Below are positions 56,639 to 64,000 of a DNA stretch of 64,000 nucleotides, piece after piece. The notes under the pieces were generated by a model. It worked only from the letters and a program-made list of their open reading frames with translations, was not told the origin of the DNA and did no database searches. A program made the translations under genes and the position numbers. The stretch comes from a bacterium (GTDB taxonomy: Bacteria > UBA6262 > WVXT01). Positions within the stretch are counted from its first letter, which is position 1, and every line of letters begins with the position of its first letter. The stretch is taken from assembly GCA_035530055.1 (NCBI GenBank), contig DATKVN010000010.1, positions 6,344-70,343 on the forward strand. The letters are read 5' to 3'.

Positions 56639-57328
56639 TTACTTTCTTTTGGGATGTTTTTTGCCTTTTAAGAGTAGAATAAAAAATATTCCACTTAAAA
56701 ATCCGCCAATATGTGCCCACCAGGCAATTCCTCCTGCCTGGGCAGTCCCTGGACCCAGGGTTAACACTCCAATGAAAAACTGCATTAAAAACCAAATTCC
56801 TAAAAATATGAAAGCAGGTAGCTTAATTATCTGGAAAAAGAAAAAGATTGGCACAAGAGTGATGACCCGGGATTTAGGATAGAGGATAAAGTATGCACCC
56901 AAAATCCCAGCAATAGCCCCACTGGCACCAATCGAGGGCACAGAAGAAGTGGGATTGGCAAAGATATGAGCTAAGCTTGCCCCCAATCCGCAAAGGAGAT
57001 AGAAAATCAGGAACTTAAAATGTCCCAATCTATCCTCTACATTATCAGCAAAAATCCAGAGATACAACATATTGCCCAGAAGATGAACCCATCCTCCATG
57101 TAGGAAAAGGGAAGTGAATATTGGAAAGTAACTCCTAAGGAGTCCTTGAGATACATAGAGGCGAGAATCAAAAAAGCGCGCGGGCACCACACCAGCAAAT
57201 TTCACAAGTTCTGGCAATTGTCGACCGAGGCTAAGCTCATAAAAAAAAACAGAAATGTTTGCCACAATTAGAAATATGGTGCTAATGGGATACCTTTCTG
57301 ATGGTATGGTGTCTTTAAGTGGAATCAT
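56639..57328 (-). CDS. Rhomboid-family intramembrane serine protease
   Basis: GASGAIAGILGAY (GxSG) and the catalytic H in AHIGGFLSG. Start set at MIPLKD (ATG at 57328). The listed longer start is in repeats. Confidence 0.8.
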   Translation of the reverse strand: MIPLKDTIPSERYPISTIFLIVANISVFFYELSLGRQLPELVKFAGVVPARFFDSRLYVSQGLLRSYFPIFTSLFLHGGWVHLLGNMLYLWIFADNVEDRLGHFKFLIFYLLCGLGASLAHIFANPTSSVPSIGASGAIAGILGAYFILYPKSRVITLVPIFFFFQIIKLPAFIFLGIWFLMQFFIGVLTLGPGTAQAGGIAWWAHIGGFLSGIFFILLLKGKKHPKRK

Positions 57329-57339
57329 TTTTGTTCTAT

Positions 57340-57478
57340 ATTTATTTTTTGTAGCAGCAAAGCGTAAGCTTTGCTCCCCTGTAGGGGACGGACTCCGTGC
57401 CGTCCCTTCCTTTGGGCGACCATCCCGATACATCGGGATCGCCCTTACAATGCAGAGTTATCGCCCTGCGGCAACATT
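57340..57478. repeat. Hairpin-module mosaic (AGCAAAGCGTAAGCTTTGCT; GGGGACGGACTCCGTGCCGTCCC; GGCGACCATCCCGATACATCGGGATCGCC; GCAGAGTTATCGCCCTGC)
   Basis: It shares modules with 30101-30160 and 47340-47460. Confidence 0.8.
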
Positions 57479-58549
57479 TTATTTTGCCTTGATACCTAAT
57501 TTATCATATAAATACCGGAAATTTATCTCCCGATTAACCAGTTCTACTGCTCTGGTCACCTTCTTCTTCCCGCTAACTCTCAAGCGTCTCAGTAGGCTTT
57601 CTATTTTTTCAACCGTTGTGAGTGTGTCTTCTTTAACCAATATCATCGGTACTTGCCGTTCTTCTGCCCGAGAAATTATAATATTGCTGGGGAAAAGGTT
57701 GCCTGTTAAAATAATGCATCTCGTCGAGGTTTCCAGGGCAGCAAGCTGGATGTCCGGGCGGTCACCTCCAGTAATAACCGCTTTGTTTTGAACTTTTCGG
57801 AAATACCTTAAAGCCCCTTCGACATTCATAGCCCCTATCATAAAATGTTCCACTAGCTCGTCCAGCTTATCATCGCAACAAAGAATTTCTCCTCCCAGGT
57901 TATTACAGAGTTCGCCAATGCTAATAGCATTTAATAAGGTATCCTGAGGAATCATGCCTAAAACTTCGATTCCCTCTCTTTTCAAAAAAGGAACTATTCT
58001 CCTTTTGAAATAGTCAATCCTGTCTGAGGCTACGCGGTTTAGAACAACACCTATAAAACTTTCTCCCAGAAACTCGCTGGCAGCAAGAATAGAGTCTACT
58101 GAAATATCTGTTTCGCATTTGTTAATTAATACGGTTTTTGCTTTCATTTTTTTAATTAGTTTTTTTCCGGGGATACCTAAGAATGAACCTTCGTTGAGAT
58201 TACCCGCTCCTCCTATTAGAACCAAATTTCTACCCTTAGAAATCTTATTATAAGCGTCAATCACTTTATCCTCGATATTTTTTATTTTTTTCGTATAGGC
58301 TTGAATGGTGAGGTCCTGAGTCAAAACAACCGGGCAAACTAAATCGAGTGGGTCCCGTAGTCCCAAAATTTCCTCCATGGAGACTCCGTCTTCGTCAGTT
58401 AATACCTTTCCTACTCTAACAGGAAGTTTTCCCAGAGGTTTAAAATAGGCAACAGATATACCATCGTTTTGAAACCTCTTTCCCAAACCTATACAAACCA
58501 GAGTCTTTCCGGAATATTCGGAAGTAGAACCTACATATAGAGAGACCAT
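57479..58549 (-). CDS. Phosphotransacetylase N-terminal-like protein (BioD-like P-loop-type fold + DRTGG domain)
   Basis: GGAGNLNEGSFLG and ITGGDRPDIQLAAL (DRTGG motif). This family commonly accompanies ADP-forming acyl-CoA synthetases. Confidence 0.65.
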   Translation of the reverse strand: MVSLYVGSTSEYSGKTLVCIGLGKRFQNDGISVAYFKPLGKLPVRVGKVLTDEDGVSMEEILGLRDPLDLVCPVVLTQDLTIQAYTKKIKNIEDKVIDAYNKISKGRNLVLIGGAGNLNEGSFLGIPGKKLIKKMKAKTVLINKCETDISVDSILAASEFLGESFIGVVLNRVASDRIDYFKRRIVPFLKREGIEVLGMIPQDTLLNAISIGELCNNLGGEILCCDDKLDELVEHFMIGAMNVEGALRYFRKVQNKAVITGGDRPDIQLAALETSTRCIILTGNLFPSNIIISRAEERQVPMILVKEDTLTTVEKIESLLRRLRVSGKKKVTRAVELVNREINFRYLYDKLGIKAK

Positions 58550-58589
58550 TTCATCCTCCTTTATTTAAAAATGTAGCAGTGCCAAGAGT

Positions 58590-58660
58590 TAAGTTGTAGG
58601 TAGTGTAGCCCTTTATGGGCGTAATTTTTACGGGGACAAGCCCCTACACTACCAATTTAA
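58590..58660. repeat. REPIN-like GTAG doublet (GTAGTGTAGCCCTTTATGGGCGTAAT...TACGGGGACAAGCCCCTACACTAC)
   Basis: Third copy of this unit. Confidence 0.8.
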
Positions 58661-58661
58661 A

Positions 58662-60758
58662 TTAAATTTTTATTGTTAAGCGGGAGTCTATTACCACAGC
58701 TCCTTTCCCCGCAGGTAAAACCATCAATGGATTTATATCAATCTCCAAAATTTCGGAAAAATCTGTAACCAGTTGAGACAGTCTTAACAGAGACTCTCTA
58801 ACTGCTATTAAGTCAGAAGGTTCTTCTCCTCTCACTCCTTTAAGAATTGGGTATGAACGAATTTCTTTTATCATTAACTCTGCTTCATTGAAAGTTAATG
58901 GCGCAATTCTGAAAGATACGTCTTTAAGGACTTCTACATAGATTCCCCCAAGCCCGAACATAAGAAGAGGACCGAAGGACGGATCTCTGGAGGAGCCTAA
59001 TACTACCTCTTTCCCTGGTGCAATCATCTCTTCTACAGTTACTCCCAGGATTAACGCTTCCGGCATAAATCTCTTTGCATTTGAGATGAGGTCTTCAAAG
59101 CTTATGGCAACTTGAGACTTCTCAGTGATTCCCACCTTAACTCCCCCTACATCAGATTTGTGTAAAATATCGGGTGAGACAATCTTCATCACCACGGGGT
59201 AACCGAGAGAGTTCGCCGCAGAGATTGCCTCACGCGAAGTCTCAGTAACGATTCTCTGGGGAAGAGAAAAACCATAGGCTGAGAGCACTTCTCTTGTCTC
59301 TTCGGTAGTCAAATTCGCTTCGCTTTTCTCTTTCGCTTTTGTGAAAATCTCCTCTGCTTTCTTCTTATTTATCTCAAAAGACAGAGTCTTGCCAGAAGGT
59401 GTCTCTTTCCACTTTCGGTACTTAACCATAGCCTCCAGAGCAGAAATGGTACGCTCCGGGTAAGAATAATTGGGTATCTTTCCCGAACGCAAAATCCTTA
59501 TACCTTCTTTAACTTCCAACCGTCCCATAAAGGAAGAGACAATGGGTTTGTCAGAGACTGCTGAGGAAATTTTGCGTATAACTTCTGCCGTTTCTTTTAT
59601 CTTAGTCATCGCTTGAGGAGCCAGAATTACAGTAAGGCTATCAACTCCCGGGTCATCAACGATGGTTTTCATTGCCTTCTCATAACGATCTGCTCCTGCA
59701 TCGCCAATCACATCAACTGGATTATATATGGAAGCGTTAGGGGGGAGTTCTTTTCGGAGTTTACTAATTGTGTTTTCCCTGAAAGAAGCCATCTGGAGAA
59801 TAGAATTTTCTACTGCATCAGCTGCAATAATTCCCGGACCACCGGCATTGGTCAGAATAGCAAGATTTGGTCCTCGGGGAAGAGGTTGATAGGCAAAGGC
59901 AATAGCGTAATCAAAAAGAGTTTGTACTGTCTCAGCTCTGATTATCCCACATTGTCTAAAAGCAGCTTCATAGGCGGTGTCCAAACCTGTCAAGGTTCCT
60001 GTGTGTGAAGAGGCAGCTCTTGCACCGGCTTGTGTCCGTCCAGATTTGATAATAATAACAGGTTTTTTTCGGGAAACCTCTCTAGCTACTTCCATAAATC
60101 TAGTCCCATTGCTTACTCCTTCCAGGTAGCCGAGGATGACTTTGGTTTCATGGTCCTCAGCCAAGGTAAGCAACAGGTCCACCTCGTCGATATCTGCCTT
60201 GTTTCCCAGGCTAATGAATTTTGAGAATCCGACATCTTCCCCAAGTGCCCAATCTAAAACGGCAGTACATAGAGCGCCAGATTGGGAAAAGAAGGCAATA
60301 TTTCCTGGGGAAGGCATACCTGCGGCAAAAGAGGCGTTGAGGTTTGAAGCAGTATCGATAATTCCAAGACAATTCGGACCGAGTACCCTTATACCTGAGT
60401 TTTTGATAGTTTCAACTAATTCTCTTTCGAGTTGAGAACCCTGTTTACCAGATTCTTTGAAGCCGGCTGAAATAATAACTACTGTGCCGATTCCTCTGTT
60501 CACGCAATCTTTAAGGATAGAAGGAACAAATTGAGAAGGAATGGCAACCACAGCGAGGTCTATCTCCCCTTCCACAGCAAAAATTGTGGAATATGCTCTT
60601 ATTCTCAAAATTTCTTCTGCTTTGGGATTGATGGGATAAATCTTTCCTGGGTAGCCATATTGGAGGAGATTTTTCAAAACGCTATGGCCAACTTTTCCTT
60701 CCTGGCGGGAAGCACCGATAACTGCTATTGATTTAGGGTTGAAAAGTTTTTTCATCAC
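58662..60758 (-). CDS. acd: Acetyl-CoA synthetase (ADP-forming), fused alpha/beta (NDP-forming acyl-CoA synthetase)
   Basis: 698 aa with N-terminal CoA-binding (IAVIGASRQEGKVG), a succinyl-CoA-synthetase-like ligase domain with the phosphohistidine region, and a C-terminal ATP-grasp. Confidence 0.9.
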   Translation of the reverse strand: MMKKLFNPKSIAVIGASRQEGKVGHSVLKNLLQYGYPGKIYPINPKAEEILRIRAYSTIFAVEGEIDLAVVAIPSQFVPSILKDCVNRGIGTVVIISAGFKESGKQGSQLERELVETIKNSGIRVLGPNCLGIIDTASNLNASFAAGMPSPGNIAFFSQSGALCTAVLDWALGEDVGFSKFISLGNKADIDEVDLLLTLAEDHETKVILGYLEGVSNGTRFMEVAREVSRKKPVIIIKSGRTQAGARAASSHTGTLTGLDTAYEAAFRQCGIIRAETVQTLFDYAIAFAYQPLPRGPNLAILTNAGGPGIIAADAVENSILQMASFRENTISKLRKELPPNASIYNPVDVIGDAGADRYEKAMKTIVDDPGVDSLTVILAPQAMTKIKETAEVIRKISSAVSDKPIVSSFMGRLEVKEGIRILRSGKIPNYSYPERTISALEAMVKYRKWKETPSGKTLSFEINKKKAEEIFTKAKEKSEANLTTEETREVLSAYGFSLPQRIVTETSREAISAANSLGYPVVMKIVSPDILHKSDVGGVKVGITEKSQVAISFEDLISNAKRFMPEALILGVTVEEMIAPGKEVVLGSSRDPSFGPLLMFGLGGIYVEVLKDVSFRIAPLTFNEAELMIKEIRSYPILKGVRGEEPSDLIAVRESLLRLSQLVTDFSEILEIDINPLMVLPAGKGAVVIDSRLTIKI

Positions 60759-60803
60759 TCTTTTGAGCTCAATTCCGTTTAAACAGAGAAATATATCGTT
60801 AGT

Positions 60804-61568
60804 TCACTCTATTTTCTTGTCGTATTTTGTTGTCCTTTGTTTAGCCCACTCCCAGGTATAATCATACAAGTGGAGCCCTTTACTTATTGCTATAATTTCT
60901 CCGTCTTCAACTCCAATCTCTTCTGCCATATACTGTTTTACCAGTTGCAGTCCCCCAAGGTTTGAGGGAAAACCTCCCCATAAATCCCAGGACCTGAAAT
61001 AAGGTATGAAATGGAGTTTGCCATACCTGATTCTGGTATCTATTAATCTCATACAGGGAGGGTCTTTTAAACTAACGTCAGAAGGCATTCCAATCTCCAT
61101 TATCGCCTGATTTGTGCCATATCCCTCTGTCTTGTACATGTTTATAACTTCTTCTACTTGGTTGACATTAAGGGGAATCTCTCTCATCATCTTCTTTCCC
61201 TCAACATTTTCCTCTATTCTCACCTTGGGGTCAACCAGCCTTTCACCATAGGTATAGTCTTCGGTTTCTGTCTTGGCTCCGGTCAAAAGGTATTGCAGAT
61301 AGCCCTGAACGTACTCCATGGTGGTTGGGGGAGGAATGCCTGAACCTTCGGGAATGAGGGGTATTATCTGATGGGAAGGTTTCTTAACTCTGAGAGTAAC
61401 GAAGTCGAGTTCTAGTCTCTTCTGACCCTTATAGCTACCCCTGGTAATTGTGTAGACTTGTCCCTTCTCCAGTATTGCTGAGAGACACTGGAACCAGGCA
61501 TCGTCGAGGTCGAAGGCCTCGATATATACTGGCTTCATCCCTTCGTTTTGAGTATGTTGAGTCATCAT
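60804..61568 (-). CDS. Thymidylate synthase-like protein (short, archaeal-type ThyA/dCMP hydroxymethylase superfamily)
   Basis: PPCMRLIDTRI...YFRSWDLWGGFPSNLGGL parallels ThyA PCH..QFYV...YQRSxDxxLGxPFNI. 254 aa and divergent. Confidence 0.55.
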   Translation of the reverse strand: MMTQHTQNEGMKPVYIEAFDLDDAWFQCLSAILEKGQVYTITRGSYKGQKRLELDFVTLRVKKPSHQIIPLIPEGSGIPPPTTMEYVQGYLQYLLTGAKTETEDYTYGERLVDPKVRIEENVEGKKMMREIPLNVNQVEEVINMYKTEGYGTNQAIMEIGMPSDVSLKDPPCMRLIDTRIRYGKLHFIPYFRSWDLWGGFPSNLGGLQLVKQYMAEEIGVEDGEIIAISKGLHLYDYTWEWAKQRTTKYDKKIE

Positions 61569-61589
61569 TCACACCTCAAACTACCTTGC

Positions 61590-61670
61590 TTTCGCAAGGA
61601 CTCCATTGTTTCTGGAGTAGCGAAACTTGTTTCGCGTTAATAACGCAGAGCAAGCTCTGCTACTCCATTG
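61590..61670. repeat. Hairpin modules (CTTGCTTTCGCAAGGACTCC; GGAGTAGCGAAACTTGTTTCGC; GCAGAGCAAGCTCTGCTACTCC)
   Basis: Single copy of the 56-bp unit that is duplicated at 54555-54666. Confidence 0.8.
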
Positions 61671-61680
61671 AATCTATTTT

Positions 61681-63057
61681 TTATTCACGGAAGTATTTTC
61701 TCCCAGGTCTTATAATCAAGAGCTGTCCTGTCCTGATCTTATTGATATTTTTTATATTATTGTCTCTTTTTATTGCATACACCGTAGTATAGTATTCTCG
61801 AGCAATTATTCCCAAAATATCTCCCTTTTTCACCTTGTAGCGAATAAGTCCCCTTCCAGGAGTTAAATCTTTTACTTCAGCAACGTTGGTAAGAAATCTC
61901 TCCTTTGTGCCGGGAGGTAGCTTTAACTTAAAATTGGGATAGTTCTTGGGAGTACACCAGGCTCGTAAAGCGGGATTCAATTTTTTTATCTTAGCCTCTG
62001 TTGTGCCCACGCACTTGGCAATAACTTCCAGGTCAATTACTTTATCTAAAACTATTTCATCATAGTTTAAAGGCTCTTCAAAATTTAAGGGGAAACCGTA
62101 CTCCTGATAATTTTCTCCAATACTTACACAAGCCATAAATTTGGGAACAAAGTTTTCCGTTTCCTTGGGCAGAGCTTTTCTTTCTACCAACTGGTTAAAG
62201 TCGACAGCCTTAGAAAATTTTAAATCACGACCAATTCCACTTTGTCCCCGATTATAAGCGGCCAGAGCTAAATGCCAGTCATTAAACCAGGCATGGAGGT
62301 CTTTGAGGAATTTAAGGGCAGCACGGGTAGCCTTTTCCGGGTCTCTCCTCTCGTCTATCCAGTAATTAATAACCAATCCCAGGTTTCTGGCAGGAGTTTC
62401 CATTAACTGCCATAGACCCACTGCCCGAGCCCGAGAATAGGCGTTCACTTTATAAAGACTCTCCACTACAGGTAAATAGACCAGTTCTCGAGGAAGGTCA
62501 TATTCTTCCAGAACTCCAAAGATCATCTCTCGGTATCTTCCCGACCTTTCCAGTGCTTCAGCAATTGCTTTTCTTCTTTTTCCTTTAGTATAAAGTCTTA
62601 TATATTCCTTTGCTAAACTATTTTCAATATCTATGGGTATGGTATAATTTTCTTTTATTTTCTCTGCTTCCAGATTTTCTGTTCCTTTCAGTTCTTCTTT
62701 AGAGACATCGAGGATCGATTTGGAATTTCTTTCCATTTCTTCCAGAAGCACGTCCATTTTGCCGAATAGATTATCGTATTCCTCCTTCAATTGATAGTTC
62801 AGAACAGCATCCAGATTGGCCTTCGCCAATTTTTTCAAAGCTCGTTTATAAAGATTCTCTGCGAGATCAATCTTTCCTTCTTCGTAGGCTATAACTGCCT
62901 GATTATAGAGGTTTTCTGTCTCTTTAATTACCTGCCTTAAAGATTCTATTTTTTCCTGAATAGGTGAAGGAGAGCTATTTACAGATTGGAAGATTAATGG
63001 AAGGAAGAAAAAAATAGTTATAAAAAACGAAAGGGAAAATTTTTGTTTTATTTTCAT
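61681..63057 (-). CDS. Lytic murein transglycosylase (SLT domain) with C-terminal LysM, MltD-like
   Basis: Signal peptide, SLT motif (ARAVGLWQLMETPAR, catalytic E in VESLY) and a C-terminal LysM (YKVKKGDILGIIAREY). Confidence 0.8.
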   Translation of the reverse strand: MKIKQKFSLSFFITIFFFLPLIFQSVNSSPSPIQEKIESLRQVIKETENLYNQAVIAYEEGKIDLAENLYKRALKKLAKANLDAVLNYQLKEEYDNLFGKMDVLLEEMERNSKSILDVSKEELKGTENLEAEKIKENYTIPIDIENSLAKEYIRLYTKGKRRKAIAEALERSGRYREMIFGVLEEYDLPRELVYLPVVESLYKVNAYSRARAVGLWQLMETPARNLGLVINYWIDERRDPEKATRAALKFLKDLHAWFNDWHLALAAYNRGQSGIGRDLKFSKAVDFNQLVERKALPKETENFVPKFMACVSIGENYQEYGFPLNFEEPLNYDEIVLDKVIDLEVIAKCVGTTEAKIKKLNPALRAWCTPKNYPNFKLKLPPGTKERFLTNVAEVKDLTPGRGLIRYKVKKGDILGIIAREYYTTVYAIKRDNNIKNINKIRTGQLLIIRPGRKYFRE

Positions 63058-63113
63058 ATTCTTATATTTTAGAGTATTCTATATTTTTTCTTTTAAATAA
63101 TCAAATAAAAAGA

Positions 63114-64000
63114 TTACGATTGAATGTCGAATCTTTTTATTTTTAGCGTTTCCTTCAGGGAATTCATATATTCAAATACCTCAGGGTGTACTGGAATCCC
63201 TTCTTTTTTTCTCCGATTTTCCATCTCAAATTCTTTCTCCCCGGCAATATAGATTCTCTCTTTCCCGGGAAATTTCTTAGAACCTTTTATTTCTCTGAAC
63301 ATCGAATCTATCGTCTTCTTAAATTCATCGAGTGGGCGAAAAAGTTCTATCTTAATTGCTCCCAGGAAATGGCCAAGATTGTACCCCCCCTTTTTTAATC
63401 GTGAAAGATGTAAACCATAATTGGCTCCTGTGAGGCAAGCGCATAGAATATCTACAAGCAGACCCAGACCATATCCCTTATGCCCACCCAACTCTTCTCC
63501 TATTCCTCCCAAGGGGAGAAGCGCTGCTTTTCTCGTAAATATACCTTCAGTAACCTTTTTTGGATTGGTGAGGGTCTTGCCTCTTTCATCTATTGCCCAG
63601 CCTGAGAGCATCTCTTTATTTTCCCTCTCCAGGACTTCCAGTTTTCCTCTCTGGATAATACTCGTTGCCATATCCAGAACAAAGGGCAATGGTCCACCAG
63701 TAGGTACAGCCACACTTATAGGATTTGTTCCCAGAACAGGTTCCACTCCGAAAGTGGGAGCGACCGAAAAACGAGCATTAGTGAGAGAAATACCAATCAT
63801 ATCCTTCTCTAAAGCCATTGTTGAATAGTAACCAGCTATTCCAAAGTGGTTGCTATTTTTCACGCCAACAAAACCCATTCCAGTCTTTTCAGCAATTTCG
63901 ATACATTTCCTCATAGCCTTGTACGCTACTACCTGACCCAAACCGTTTCCGCCATCAATTAAAGCACTCACCGGTGTCTCTTTTACTACCTTTATTTTGG
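63114..64000 (-). CDS. Ldh_2-family malate/L-lactate/sulfolactate dehydrogenase, C-terminal part (N-terminus beyond window end)
   Basis: NHFGIAGYY and GGHKGYGLGLLVDIL are typical of the Ldh_2 family. The frame is open to position 64000. Confidence 0.75.
   Translation of the reverse strand, partial: KIKVVKETPVSALIDGGNGLGQVVAYKAMRKCIEIAEKTGMGFVGVKNSNHFGIAGYYSTMALEKDMIGISLTNARFSVAPTFGVEPVLGTNPISVAVPTGGPLPFVLDMATSIIQRGKLEVLERENKEMLSGWAIDERGKTLTNPKKVTEGIFTRKAALLPLGGIGEELGGHKGYGLGLLVDILCACLTGANYGLHLSRLKKGGYNLGHFLGAIKIELFRPLDEFKKTIDSMFREIKGSKKFPGKERIYIAGEKEFEMENRRKKEGIPVHPEVFEYMNSLKETLKIKRFDIQS

Overview
This looks like a low-GC (about 38-40%) chromosomal segment from an uncultivated-type anaerobe. 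About 65 genes are packed almost entirely on the minus strand; only one CDS is on the plus strand.

Recognisable content:
- A cobalamin-riboswitch-controlled cobinamide-salvage and B12-uptake operon (cobU-cobT-cobS plus btuF/C/D-like genes and cobO), followed by a BtuB-like TonB-dependent receptor.
- Two adjacent B12-binding radical SAM enzymes.
- Glycogen genes (glgP-like, glgC) and a C-terminally truncated pyruvate kinase.
- An opp/dpp-type ABC permease operon.
- A PAS histidine kinase with two CheY-like receivers.
- A P-type ATPase.
- An ADP-forming acetyl-CoA synthetase with a DRTGG-domain partner.
- An RNA/DNA metabolism cluster: RNase HI, an RNase HII-like protein, an RNase H-like exonuclease, a TIGR03916-type DNA-repair radical SAM protein and a MazG-like protein.
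- RNase P RNA, tRNA-Gly(CCC) and tRNA-Val(CAC).
- Three HEPN/nucleotidyltransferase toxin-antitoxin-like modules: one canonical HepT/MntA pair, and two pairs in which the nucleotidyltransferase is fused to a winged helix-turn-helix domain.

The most unusual property is the intergenic space. Nearly every gap is filled with interspersed, recombining short hairpin modules belonging to at least six families. These include a REP-associated tyrosine transposase (RAYT) element at 21330-22117 with 21-bp terminal inverted repeats, two roughly 195-bp MITE derivatives of it, five solo ends, GTAG-type REPIN-like doublets, and tandem arrays of GNRA-tetraloop hairpins. Several predicted N-termini are artefacts of these repeats.

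No CRISPR array, integron or rRNA was seen.
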